Positions 25,941 to 38,085 of a stretch of DNA of 64,000 bases are shown here, piece after piece. Under the pieces are notes generated by a model. That model did not search any database and was not told the DNA's origin. It saw nothing but the letters and a program-made list of their open reading frames with translations. Numbering within the stretch: position 1 is the stretch's first letter; each line of letters begins with the position of its first letter. The DNA comes from Moniliella sp. 'wahieum' (lineage: Eukaryota), in assembly GCA_003971905.1 (NCBI GenBank), contig RSEE01000011.1, positions 806,001 to 870,000 on the forward strand, in the 5' to 3' direction. The position numbers and the translations under genes are program-made.

Positions 25941-26741
25941 AGGGGCGAAGCAATTTTGCGCCTTGGTATATGGGGGAGGAGTGGCACTGAGGTGCCTACC
26001 GAAGGCGTCAGTGGCTTACTTGGGGAACGCGCGAGGTGGCCGAGATGAACGGCATGGCTTACCCCCGACTCCAGAGGGGCAGCGGTAGGGGAAACGAGAT
26101 CCCGAGGCGCGATTTGGGGGGAAAAGGGGGGAAGAGAGGCTGCCGGAGCTGGCAGCGTCCGCGGGACATGCCCTTTGAGAGGGGCAGTAAGAGGCGGACC
26201 GTAAGGAGGGAGGACGTGGGGCGAGGCCAACAGCGGCGGCTTGTCTTGGGAGAGGGGAACAGCATTGGCGGCGGCAGTGTTGGGGGCAATGACGTCCGGG
26301 AGGAATGAGGTGGTACTGCTGCCGGAGAAGCGGCGTCCGCGGGGCTTGCCTCCTTGATGGGGCAGGGGGGGAGGAGAGCGGGGGCAGGGGGGGGTGGGGG
26401 GGCGGGGAAGTAGAGGTAGGGGAGGAGGGCCTGAATAGTGGCGGTGATGAGGGGCGAGAGCGTCGGTCACGGCCAGGCCAGGGGTAGGGGATTCCGGAAC
26501 GGAAGGGCCGTCTCACGCGCCGTGGCGGGAGGGGGGTCCGCGTGGGGGACAGCGGCCACGGGGGGAGGGGGGTGAGGGGCCGACGCCGACCTGCAAGGCG
26601 TCCTGGTAGAAGTCAGCGCACGGCGGCAGTGTGCCGTGCGGACGGGCGGACATCGGGGGCGGGGAGGAGGGCGGCCGAGGCCGTGGAGGAGAGATGTCCG
26701 CCGGGGGCTCGCGAGCCTGGAAGGCTGAGTGGGATCTAACC

Positions 26742-26934
26742 TGTCAGGAGACGGAGATGGGGGAAAGGGTGCAGATGGATTGCATACATCTATGGACGCA
26801 CAGGAGGATATGTACCTCCTCAAGAAGGGGGCACAGTCGAGAGGTGGACACAGGATCTCCCAACTAAGAATCACGCCATAGTGCCCATACGGGCCTAGTG
26901 GGCCAAGGGCCCCTAGCACGGCGTGAGTCTGACA
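26742..26934 (-). repeat. 5' LTR (193 bp)
   Basis: Direct repeat of 24214-24409, differing only by small indels. Confidence 0.95.
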
Positions 26935-27335
26935 TTCCAGAGAAAAAAAAGGAAAACTGGAGAGAGAAAGCCCTGCGAGACCCAGTTGAGGCGCGGGTGT
27001 GCCCTATGCGGTTCCCCATATATACGTTTAGGACCAGCCCAAAAGCACATAAAGAACCATAGGAGGTTTCAGGAGATGGACGAGAACACACCCTCCAAAG
27101 CTATACGCTTTTGGTAGAATTTGTGAAGGGGGGTGCGAAGAGGGAATTATAGGGGCAACAGTGTGTGTGTTGCATGTGGATGGAATGGATAAATACAGAG
27201 AGACAGTGGATTGGATGAGGGGGGAGGGCAAAGAGGAGCAGATGGGTGGAAAAGATCTGTGGCTAGAGGGGGCACAACCCACACTCCCGAGACCCGAGAG
27301 GCGGGCCGCATCTGGGTTCCTACCAATTTTAATAA

Positions 27336-29850
27336 TCAGTCGTGGTGTGGTTGCGCACACAACGAGGGAGCGCAACCGCGCTGCACTTCGCAGTCCCAGC
27401 GCCGACGCTTTGGCACGGAGTCTCCACCCACCCCGTTCTTCGGGGTTGGTATGATCTTGTCGCGCAGCTGTGATGGCAGTACGCTTCCCGGGGCGGCAGC
27501 ATGAGGAGGGGTGTGCGGGTGGGGAGGTACGGTCGAAACAACAGGCACGGGAAGTACTGGCGCTGGACCATGGGGAGAGAGACCAGGTGCTCCTGATCCT
27601 GCCTTTTGGGAAGGAGGATGGGGGAGGAAAGACAATGGCAGTACGGGAAGACTAGGTGCGACTTTCAGGTTCCGTTTGCTCCTCCGAAGCGACCAGGCTT
27701 TGGAGTGAGATTTGCGATGATCCGTTCCGGTACAGCTTCCTGGGCCAAAGGGCGTATCTGGGGCATACTCTTGGAGTTCTTGAGGGTAGGCTGTGGGAGT
27801 CGGGGAGGCGGAGGCGGAAAAGGGTGGAAAGATGAAGATGGTGTCGTGGGTAGCAATTTCGTTTTGTCGGGCCGGGCCGAATGTTCCGTCCACGGGGAGG
27901 CCGGGCGATGTTCAACCGGGTTGTTGGGATGGTCTTTCTGAGCTCCAGAAGAAGGGAAGAGAGGTTGGTTACGTGGCAGCTCGGGCAGAGATGCTTGGCG
28001 TGAGAGGGATGCGGGGACAATGGGATGAGCCGGACCAAGTTGGATGCGCCGGCCAATCATCGGAACTGCAAACAACGTGCTTGACGCCGCCGTCACGTCC
28101 GAATCCAAGGTACTGGCGGAAGTGGTGCTGCGGCTCATTTCGCACGAAGGACGGCACAGAGAAGGACCAAGCGAATTTGCTTTCTTGAGCGTTTCATTCA
28201 CTTCCCCGGTAGTGCTCCTTTGGGGCGAGGGGAGGTCAGTGGCGTTTGTGATCTGTGACGGATGCTTTTCGTGGGGGGTAACGGTAGTGGCGTCTAGCTC
28301 TTCTCTTTGCTCGTCGGATCCGTCAAACTTGAGGGCCGGTTTGACCCGGTTGGATGAAGGATGGAAGACCGCCGGCATGGGCTGCTGTGTGCGCACCTTG
28401 TTCTTCAATGGCGTGGCAGGCATGTGAACCTGGGGAAGATCTGACTGATCCAGATGGAGAAAGGAAGCAAGGGAGGCCACCACGGCTGCAGTCTCTGGTG
28501 AGCCTTGATCCGCACACGCTTCTGCACTCTCGGTTGTGGTGCAACTTTGTCGGTGGCTGTAGGCGTCCCAAAAGCTGGGAGTGGGCGAAAGCGGACTAAC
28601 AGGTGGTTGCGGGGCTTGCTCGGATTTGACCTGGTTGGCCCCTGTTGTCATGCTAGACTGAGCTGATGTGCGGTTGGTTTGTACGGACCGCGTGCTGGTC
28701 AGGGCGCTGGAGAATCGATGAGACCAAGTATGCGAAAAATCGCTTGCTGCGGCGGTAGTAGTAGTCTCTCCCACCATTGCATCCTCCGACAAAAAAGAGA
28801 GGAAACGCGCTTGCGTGGCACGTTAGGCTCACTGCCGTGCGTGTCTGTTCTGGCGATGAAATCCGCGGTCGGTCCTGGCTCCTCCTTGATGATGCTCGAA
28901 GAGGCTGGTAATACTTGACTGTGCATGAGTGCTCGTGCTCGTGCCATAGCGGTGTCATGAGCGCTTCGAAAGCGCAAGTCGGGGTCGGACTGAGTACGCT
29001 GTTGCTGTAAGCCCCCAATCTTTTTCAACGTGGGAGAGGAAGGCGAATGAGCAGTGGGAGACGTGACAGATGAGACAGCTGGGGTGAGGGCGGAGGAGGA
29101 AGCGGTGCGACGCATGGGAAGGGAAAACGCTTTGGCCTTGTCAGACCCAGGGCCGTACATGAAGGGAGCGGAGACTGCGAGAAGTTGGGATTCGGTGACG
29201 ACCAACTGATAATCAATCAGTTGCAGCAACTGTGTCTCCATCAAGTTGACATCATGCGTAACAAAAATCGTCGAGTAGCGCGCCCATACGGCGTTTTTCA
29301 AAGCACGATCGTGGGTCATCTTGGCTGCTACCACAATAGCAGCTAAAAGGACTCGGTGGCAAACACTAAGCAAGCGAGTAGGTGTTGGGGAGAGGGCCAG
29401 GTTCATTCGCCCAATGTAGACGAGGGCGACCATCAGGGTTGCTGTGGCTGCGCCCGATTGCTGAACGATGGATTGGAGCCACTCGGCAACCCCGGGAAGA
29501 TCGTCATTGGTCGACCTGGGGGAGGGGGTGAAGGGGGTGAATGACGACATGGATGCAGCATGGTACCCCTCCTCTTCGCCAAGCAGCTTGCGGACGACGG
29601 AGACGATGTGCTCTGTCGGACAAATGTGACAGCTGTGGTCAGTATATATAAATCTACTGCCACACAGGGGGGAATGGGAGAGGGGCCGATAGCAGCTGTA
29701 GTAGTTGCAACGACCTTAGCGGAGGGACCTACCGATGAGATCAGGGACGATGGGACGGGCAACGAACTTGACCAGGTCGGTGTTGTGCTGGCAGAGGGGC
29801 ACAAACGAGGCGGGGTGGACCCGCTGGTCCCGGCGCTTGCTTGCCGCCAT
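27336..29850 (-). CDS. Pho85/Cdk5-type cyclin (Pcl1/2 family) with long disordered C-terminus
   Basis: N-terminal VHPASFVP..HN..LV; cyclin box TLMVALVYIGRM, CHRVLLAAIVVAAK, ALKNAVWARYS, DVNLMETQLLQLIDYQL; intron about 29615-29731; C-terminal end uncertain. Confidence 0.85.
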
Positions 29851-30921
29851 AATAACTAAGGGGGGTGAGCGAGGGGGCAGGGCGACGGAGAGGTGGACGT
29901 GGAGGAGAGAAAAGGGTGGGGCAGGGCGAGTGGTGGTGGTGGTGGGGAGTCCGGTGGGGCGTACGTCGCGCGCTGCTCAAACTGCCTGTCACCGTCTGAT
30001 CCGATCCGAGGCTATGAATCCAAAACTAATAAGTGGGCGTTGGTGACCAGCGACCCCTCCCTGGTGGCATCCCGCCAGTGTGACGGTACCCAACCACACT
30101 TGAATTTAAAAACAAGCTTAGTCCGCCCCGCAGCGCGAGTCGCACACACGTCTTTTTCTGGACAGCAAACATGTCTTCGTGTCTGCTTTCGTCCTGTTGG
30201 ACTCACGTCGTGTTCGAGACACTTGCCGCACCACCACCTCCACTACCACATCTGTGCATCCGCTCCCATTTTCCTCCTAGAGCTGCCTCAGCAGCACATT
30301 TAGCAGCCAAAAACAGAGCGTCTCTTCACCCCCCCGAGATGAGGGCTCTACCAAAACACACAACGCCGGGTCACTTTGGGCGGAGAGATCGATTTTACGT
30401 TAGGTCTGACAGCATATTATCCATGTCGCATCACATGTCACATGTCACCGCCGCACCGATGCGACGCAGGAGCAGTTTCGTGAGACCGATGGAGACCTGA
30501 TGGTGGCGAGGGACTCGGCGTTTTATACTGAAGGCCGTGTGTGTGGGGGGGTTGTCAAATATGTCATTCAGCTTTTGACGGTATGGATGGTATTTTCATA
30601 GCACCATCCATCCCCAACACATATATACATCAGGCACAGCCCTCCCGTGAGTCGTTATAATCTCGGTTACGAGGGTCTTACACCCCCACCACGTATTAGG
30701 GCGTGCCAATTAACGGGAAGGAAGGCCAGCAGAAGGGAGTGTGGTGCACCCACGACTTGCGAGCCCGTCCCTCTCTACTTTTAGCTTCTTAGCATCTCAC
30801 CATAATTAAAGCGTCATTTTGCACCACAACTGAGGCGCTGCGTGTGAGCTCTACAGGCCTTTGGCCAGAAACGAGGCGCTTCGCAAATACTAATAGGCTC
30901 TGTTCCTATATGGTATTGCCC

Positions 30922-30955
30922 AGTAACTAGTAACTAGTAACTAGTAACTAGTAAC
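30922..30955. repeat. (AGTAACT)n heptamer array; reverse-complement copy at 53314-53346
   Basis: About 5 copies at each locus. Confidence 0.9.
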
Positions 30956-32849
30956 CGGCGGCCAGAAATACAGCTCTTTTTATACTACCTCTACTAATAC
31001 TCAGTACTGGTGTGAGTCCCGTTATCGATATCGATTATCGTCACACATACCTCCTCGGCCCCTTGAATCTTGAAGCTTGAAGCTTCTTGAAAAGCTTTTG
31101 AAGGTCTGGGCTATGAGGGAAGGCGACTCTCATCGATCTCTAACTCTTGTGTCGCTGGCTATAGTTTTTGAGCTGACAATTGGTGCAAGATACATCACAA
31201 GCTGCTCAGACTTTTTTTACTTCAGTCCTTGCGCGATGTATACCATAGCTTCCGGCCCTATATGCAAGTATTCCACTCAGTCCCACACCCATCGGCCCAG
31301 GGCGCCACACAGGACGATAGCCTAATCATTCATCAGCCCAACAACTTATACGTACGCCCTTTTCTCCTCCGGAGAGTATATAGTTCTAGTAGTTGCCCTA
31401 TCTCACAAAGTTTAGCGCGGGTAATGTTCATGACTTTCCCCATGTCGGTGGTCCGTCGCATCGAGAGAGTTCCTCGGGCGCGAACGAGACGATCGATGAG
31501 GTTGATGAGACGCTGAGAGACGTGCGTTGCCAAAGGGCGAGGATGAGGGCGAGGGCGAGAGAAGGCGAAGCGTTGATGGAGTGACGCGACGACAACCGGG
31601 TCTGACTGGGGTTATAAACTATGCATGATGAATGATTATTGGCGTTGGGTTTGCTGTGCCGTTTCGCGGCTCCGACGACAAGTTATACTTGCCCAAGTTC
31701 TAGTACGATGAGGACCGTCGAAAGGGAAAAGATAAGAAAGTTAGATTTGAAGCGCAGCACACATCCCATTAATCATTGCAGAGTTGCGTCTCAATCGCAT
31801 TGCCACCCCCGCCACATCGAAGACGCGACACCAGAGAGTCTCCAGTGTTATCGGACCCAAAAACCCACGACAGAGATGAGCGATGCGTAGTTACATATAT
31901 TTATATGAGTACTGACCTATAATACGCGTTGGACTGGGTACTTAGTATACATATACATGTTAGAGAACGACAATAAGACGGAGGCCGATGATGGATGCAA
32001 TGATGAACGAAGATATACTCATTACGTTCACTCCCATCCCCCTTCTAGTCCCCTACCCAGTTCCTTTTCGTGTTTCCGCAGGGACTTCACCCCTTTATAC
32101 AGAGAATACACCGCTGTGCCTCCTGCTTCCATAATGTACAGAGCTGCATCGTCTCGCTGCGCCATTCTGAGGCCCATATGATGTGGCAATTCACGCCATG
32201 TAGATGAGGCATGGCAGGAACCGGGACCAGATCCGTCCAGCTGTTACGCCCATGATCATGACAGGCACATCGTACGGCACCAACTCCAACGAACCCACTC
32301 TCCACACAAAACAAAGAACAAAAACATAAACAAAAAAAGAAACGACGGAAAGAAGCTGCCACGACACATCTCATATGTACGGTACAGACGGAACAAGAGC
32401 GTTGTACATCAGTACTCAGTACATCCGTACTCAGTAGATCCCTCCGTACGGGAGAGGGTAGATGGATGACCTGCAATGACCGGGACCGGATGACCGGATG
32501 GCTAGCCAGCAAGGCGATACACAAGGAGGGAAGGTGATATGGGTCGCATGGTCATACGGTGCCATGGGGGCAAGAGCACCCGTTCGCCCCTTGCTCAGCG
32601 TGGGCGCTCATCCTCCCCGCCTTGCCATCCCCAACCGGCATTACCGAGTCTCCGAAATCCAATGGCGAATGTAAAAAGGAAGAGCAAAATGGTGCAAGGG
32701 CATGCAAGAGCGCTATAGAGTGCAAAAGGGCAAGTGGGCAAGAGGGGGTAAGGTGCAAGAGTAGAAGGATGTGGGGTGCAAGGCGCAAGGTGCAAGGTAG
32801 GTGCAAGGGCGTAAGGAAGCAAGGCAACGAGGAAAAAGGGAAGCACAGA

Positions 32850-32898
32850 ACCCAGCACCCAGCACCCAGCACCCAGCACCCAGCACCCAGCGCCCAGC
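32850..32898. repeat. (CCCAGCA)n heptamer array, next to (GTGCAAG)-like repeats at about 32690-32810
   Basis: Directly visible. Confidence 0.9.
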
Positions 32899-33309
32899 GG
32901 GCCGCATCGCGTTTGCGTTTGCGTTCCCGTAACGCAGGGGGACCGCCCTCCAGGGGAAAAAGAAAACAAGAAAAAAAGACCATGAAGACCCAAGGACGGG
33001 AGGGGGGGCGCCCAGACGCTAGAACAAGCAACGGCCGCGTACGCGAGTGGGGGGAGAGGAGGGAAATGTGATGGGTGATGGGAGGGGTATGACAGGCATG
33101 TGTTGGAGGAGAAGGCAAGATACGTTTCAGAACTCGGGGTTCGAGCTTCCAGGTTCCAGGTTTGGTTTCGGGGGTTAAATGTGGCTCGGGCCAGCGCAGG
33201 CCATACTGCATCATAAGGTGACAGCTAAAAGGCGAGGATCGATGACATGGGCGGTACACAAGATGGGACGCAGGGTCGGAATCAGCAGTCACAGTGACTA
33301 GCGAAGTCG

Positions 33310-33379
33310 GAGTCAGAGTCAGAGTCAGAGTCAGAGTCAGAGTCGGAGTCGGAGTCGGAGTCAGAGCCAGAGTCAGAGT
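33310..33379. repeat. (GAGTCA/GAGTCG)n hexamer microsatellite
   Basis: About 11 copies. Confidence 0.9.
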
Positions 33380-33669
33380 TGGTGGTGACGTTTGTAGTTA
33401 GAGGTGGGAGTGAGAATCAATGTTGGTCAGACCTGGGGGAGGCCAGTGACGGAAGGGGTTCCTTCTCGTCAGAGGCCGTCGGGCCCTGGATGCGATGCAG
33501 AAAGCCGGGGGGCAGAAAGCCGGAGGGCAGAAAGGGCAGGGGGGGGGGGGGGGAAGCACGTAGCGAGAGCGGGATGAAGGCGAAAGGTATAGGCTGAGCG
33601 GGCTGGCGGAATCGGATATGAGCCAAGGGCGAACGCACGTCACCACAATAGGGTCCCAGATGACCAAAA

Positions 33670-33775
33670 ACTCACAAATGCTTGCAAAGGCTTGCAAACA
33701 CTCACAAAATGCTTGCAAAGGCTTGCAAACACTTACAAATGCTTGCAAACACTCACAAATGCTCACAAATGCACA
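33670..33775. repeat. Minisatellite with 10-bp subunits and a unit of about 30 bp (CTCACAAATG CTTGCAAAGG CTTGCAAACA)
   Basis: About 3.5 imperfect tandem copies just downstream of the RasGEF stop. Confidence 0.85.
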
Positions 33776-33827
33776 TAAGATGGACACCCCTCGGCACCTT
33801 GGACAAAAGGGCACGGAAGACGAGGCA

Positions 33828-36800
33828 CTAGGAAAAAGGTTTGCTGTCTTTGCGCCGCGTTCCAAACAAGGCAGCACGCGCGGGCCAGGTCAAATTGGTC
33901 GCAGGCGGGGAGATGGGGGCGGAGGGTTGGGATGGTAGCATTCCCGATCCCGATCCTGACCCTGATCCCAATCCCAATCCCGACGCAGACCTTGCTAACG
34001 GCGGAGGGACAGGTCCTGTGCGGGGCACCGAGCCAGTAGGTGGGGAAGGTGATGCGGCAGACGTCTGTCCGAGTGTAGTGCCACTAGCCAGACTACCTTG
34101 GCTCGTGGGCGAGAGAGGCGCGTCGTCCCATTGGCTTGCCGAGGTGGAGCGAGTGCGGGAGAAGGAGGAACCGAGTTTGGGACCCAAGGGCGTGGGCGGG
34201 CTCTTGTGCAGCAGTTCGTCGGTCGAGGTGGTAGGCGGCACACTGGCTCCTGGTCCGGCTCCGGGTGCGGGTGCGGGTGCGGGGCCGGGTACGGGTCGCG
34301 GTCGGAGCGATTGGGCAAGAATGGTATCGAGGTACGCTTGAATCTCTGGTACCTCCGTGTACCGGTACGGGACTTGAAATCGTTGTACTTCCGAGACGAT
34401 GCGGGCCGCCTTGACGTACCGATCAAAGTTGATTAGTTTCTTGTCGGGGTCAGCGCGCGAGGCGCGCGAGGCAGCGTTGCCGTCCCATACAAAGGTCAGG
34501 TCCAGTAGGTACAGACCCAAGTAGGGCACCGCGGGCGGGTAAGTTTGTTTCATCTTTTGTCGGTACGAGTGAAAGTTGCGCGAGAGTTCAAGAAGGCGGT
34601 GTTGCTGGTCGTTCATTGCGCGGTACTTGGCCCCAAGCCCGTCCCAAATCTTCGTCAGACGCAAAATGGTGGAAGAGTTGATGGCATTATGGATGCCATA
34701 AGCGTGTCAAAGTTGTTCATGCGGTAGCAACGCTGGGAACAAACAAACAGTCAGTCGACGGCAAGCAACGCAGACAGCCATGCTGTCCAGAAAAAGAAAA
34801 AAAGAAAAAGAAAGAAAGAACAAAGACATACATCTCCCAACTTGATGAAGAACTTGAGCAGTTCTCTTCGCCGCTTAGGATCCTCTTCGCCCAAGATCAG
34901 GTTGGTGACCCAAGTATTAATCCCGTTACTCAACGCAGAGAGAGCCTTGACATGAACCGAACGCGATTCGCCCACTGGCTTGCCAAATTCAGTCCCATAC
35001 AGTTCCTCAGGGAGGATGCCACAGAACAGCTTGGATTCGCGGATGGTAAATTGGCGAGCGAGCTCCGCCGGATCAAACTCGATCACAGCGATCCGGTCAA
35101 ACGGTTGCGTGCGCAGCGTCTGAAGCAGTTTATGCGAAAGAATCGGCGGTGGAGGCGGAGCGGCCTGGCCGGGTCCTTGCTGCAGTTGGAACGCTTCAGC
35201 ACGATACATATCGCCCAACTCGATGAGCTGCTGTTGCATCACTGCCTCGCGCCGCGCAGCAGGGTCGGGCGGGAAGATCACGCGGGCCAAGCTGTGGGCG
35301 CCACGGGAGGCGGAGAGAACCATGACGGCTTCCGCCTGGGCGCCTTGGGCGCGGCGCTTAAGAGCCAGGTCCTTGACGCGCGCCATGGCGCGCTGCAGCG
35401 GCGCTTCCTCCACCTTGTCGGTAAACGCCAAGAGGGGATCTAGGATCTCAAAGTCACACCATGGGTACCAGTACTGTTCCAGCCATGTACGGAGCGAGTT
35501 GATCACGCGTAACCGGACCGGGAACGTCTTGCGCTGATGCCATAGCTGCAGCTCCTGCTCCGTCAGTTCCAAGTCTTCTGGTGGCAGCAGCACATACCGC
35601 CCCCGGCCAGGGCCGAGAAGAGCTCAATAGGCCGGACAAAGAAGCGGAAACAACGGAAGAAGGTTTGGGCAAACATGGGATCGACCGTCGAATCGTGCGG
35701 CGTCATCTTTTCCACCAAGCAGGCCAACGTGGCGCCCATGACGTGGTTGTCTGCATTGTAAACGACATCACTCGCGTCGTAACTGGGCCCCATCCAAGCG
35801 GGAAGATCTTGTGCCGGCCCCACAACGGGCTGGAACACCGACTCGCCCGTGGCGGAGCGACTGCGACCCTCAGGGCCGGGACCCAAGCATTCATCTCCTC
35901 CCATGGAGATGGATTCGGATCCCCCGCGTCCCCATGGTAAGGGAAGCCGCGAGGTGCGCCAAGACGGTGCAATGGAGGAGGCCAACGAGCTTTGTCGTGG
36001 ACGTCCACGGTCGCCTGCACTTGTGCTCGATACTGCTGTTGCTAAGGACAAGCTGGATGCACTCCCTGCCTTGTCCGCATGTCCCGATCCCATCCGAAGC
36101 GCCTCGGTGGCACTGGGGCGTCCAGAAACGGGCTTGGCCCGTAGGCTGCCTCCTCCACCTGATGCCACACCGCCCGCGACAGTCGCACTTCTTGCCCGAC
36201 CGCCTGGATCATTGTCGCTACTCCCCGCAACCCCACGTACGGCTGCACCAATGGACCGAGACCGCTGACGAACGTCCAAGGTATCCAACTCACCATAGTG
36301 GCTATCGTCCCGAAGGATGCCCGTGCTTCCTCCGTCCGTCATGCCATCAAAGTCCGACTCAATGTCCGTATCCAGCCCATCGAGCGTGGAGGCGCCATCG
36401 GAATGGAAGCGAGACGAAAGCAAGTTGAGGCTCGCCGCTCGACGGCTGAGCGAGGTGTGCTTGCCTGCATTGGGATCCCCCTCGTGGTAAGGTACCGTCT
36501 TGTACATGAGGATGCGCAATGTAGTGTCACGCTTGTCGAGACAGAGCTTGACCGCCCCCACGCACTCCCCGCCTGTTCGAAGGACCCCGGTGGCAGCCTG
36601 GACAAGCTCAGCGCTTTGCGGGGTTGGGCTGGCAAAGGATGTAGATTCGGGGTCGGCATTCTGCTCAGTGGCGCTCGTCAAGGCCCGTAGCGTCGACCAG
36701 GACGCTCGTAGAGGCATACAGCGATTCACGCGTCTCAAACAGAAGATCCATCTCGCGTGCCTTGGTCATTTGGAGTTGCTCATTGCTGTGTACTGCCTCG

Positions 36801-38085
36801 ACCACGAGAAAGAGGGAGCGGACAGCATCGACCACCTCCCGTGTCCGATCGATGAGATAGGTAGAGCTGGTTCCCCCCGGTTGGGAGTATGCGTGAGCAT
36901 GGCCAATGAACGCTGCAATCTCGGACAAGAGGTGATCGTTGGCTGTATTCAGGCGCTTGAGAATCTCCGTAACGGGGTAGTGGACAGGGAGAGTGAGCTC
37001 CATGGTGCCGGTGGGGCTGGTGATGGCCTGTGGGGCAGGAAGAACACTCTCTGATATGGGAGGGGATGGCGGGGAGGAGGATTGGGTTAAAGGGTGGCAG
37101 GAGGGACGGGGGACGACTGGGCGGGTTCGGCGGGTTCGGCGGGTTGGCTGGTGCGAAGCTCTAGCATGCTTTTCGGGCCGGTACCTCGCTGAAGGAGGCG
37201 GTGCACGCGATTGGGCTTGTCTTCTGGGCCGCCACGAGGGTCCGGGCCAGGATGGGAGACGTTGGAGGCAATGTCGAGGCCAGCGGCCGGCCGAGTGAAG
37301 GAAGAGGGTGACGCACTGATGCAGGTCGTCCGCAAGGGAGATCATGTAGTCCGCTTCGTGCGCGCGCTGGGCATCGTCCTGCGGGGAGGAAGGGGCGCAT
37401 GCGCGGCGGGACTGGGAGACGAGACGATTGAGAGCAGAGAGAATTTGCTTGCGGTCCTTTCGCAGGCCGGGATTGTTGGTGAGGGCAGGGCTGTCGCGGG
37501 TCAGGCAGTCGGCGGCGGCGAGGATGGAGCGGACGCTGGAGATGATGCAGGCGGTGGCAGGCTGAAGATGCTTGAAGCGGTGCACCTTGACGGCGGCATT
37601 GAGGAGGGAGATAGCGTGGTTGAGGGTGTGGAGGATGTTAGAGGACTCGTCCTGGTCTGCGTCGTGGGGGAGGGAGAAGTGCCCGCGGACAATGGTGGCA
37701 TAGTCGCTTTCGTACGGCTGGTCGTCGCTGGTGGCTGCCGCCCAGCTGCGGCGGGACGAGGCGGCGCGACTGCTGGAGCGCGAGGGGGGCAGGCCGCTGG
37801 TGTCGACATAGTTGGAGGGGAACCAGCCGCGGGGCTCTTCGTGGCCGGGGGGGGCGGGCAGGACGCCGTCCCACCAGCCGCTGTCGTCAAAGTTGAGGAC
37901 GCGGATGCGCTGGCCGGCGGCGAAGGAGAGGCATGTGGGGATGGTGGAGGTAAAGTCGTGGAGGGCGACGACGTAGGGGCCGGCGGCGGGGTCGCCGGGG
38001 CTGGAAAGCGGGGGGGGGCGGCGGCGGTGGAGGCCGAGGCAATGCGGGCCATGTCGGTGCCGGCGGCGGGGCTGGAGGGCGACAT
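33828..38085 (-). CDS. Cdc25-type Ras GEF (SH3, REM/RasGEF_N, RasGEF catalytic domain)
   Basis: SH3 (YVVALHDF..CLSF..SGWWDG..RGWFPSNYV); REM (GATLACLVEKMT..FRFF; VRLRVINSLRTWLE); catalytic domain (FDPAELARQFT, LLKFFIKLG, NNFDTLMA, PAVPYLGLYLLDLTFVWDGN, LINFDRY); intron about 34733-34828. Confidence 0.92.

Larger units (their letters stand above)
24214..26934 (-). mobile_element. Non-autonomous Ty1/copia-derived LTR retroelement (2.7 kb)
   Basis: Two near-identical LTRs with TGTCAG..CTGACA ends; 5-bp TSD TTCCA (24209-24213 and 26935-26939); PBS-like GGTTAGATCCC after the right LTR and PPT-like GGTGGGAG before the left LTR, both on the minus strand; internal integrase-like ORF. Confidence 0.93.

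Noticed and set aside
33670..33775. Repeat arrays considered as CRISPR-like
   Set aside because: Units are adjacent with no unique spacers, the context is eukaryotic, and there are no cas genes.
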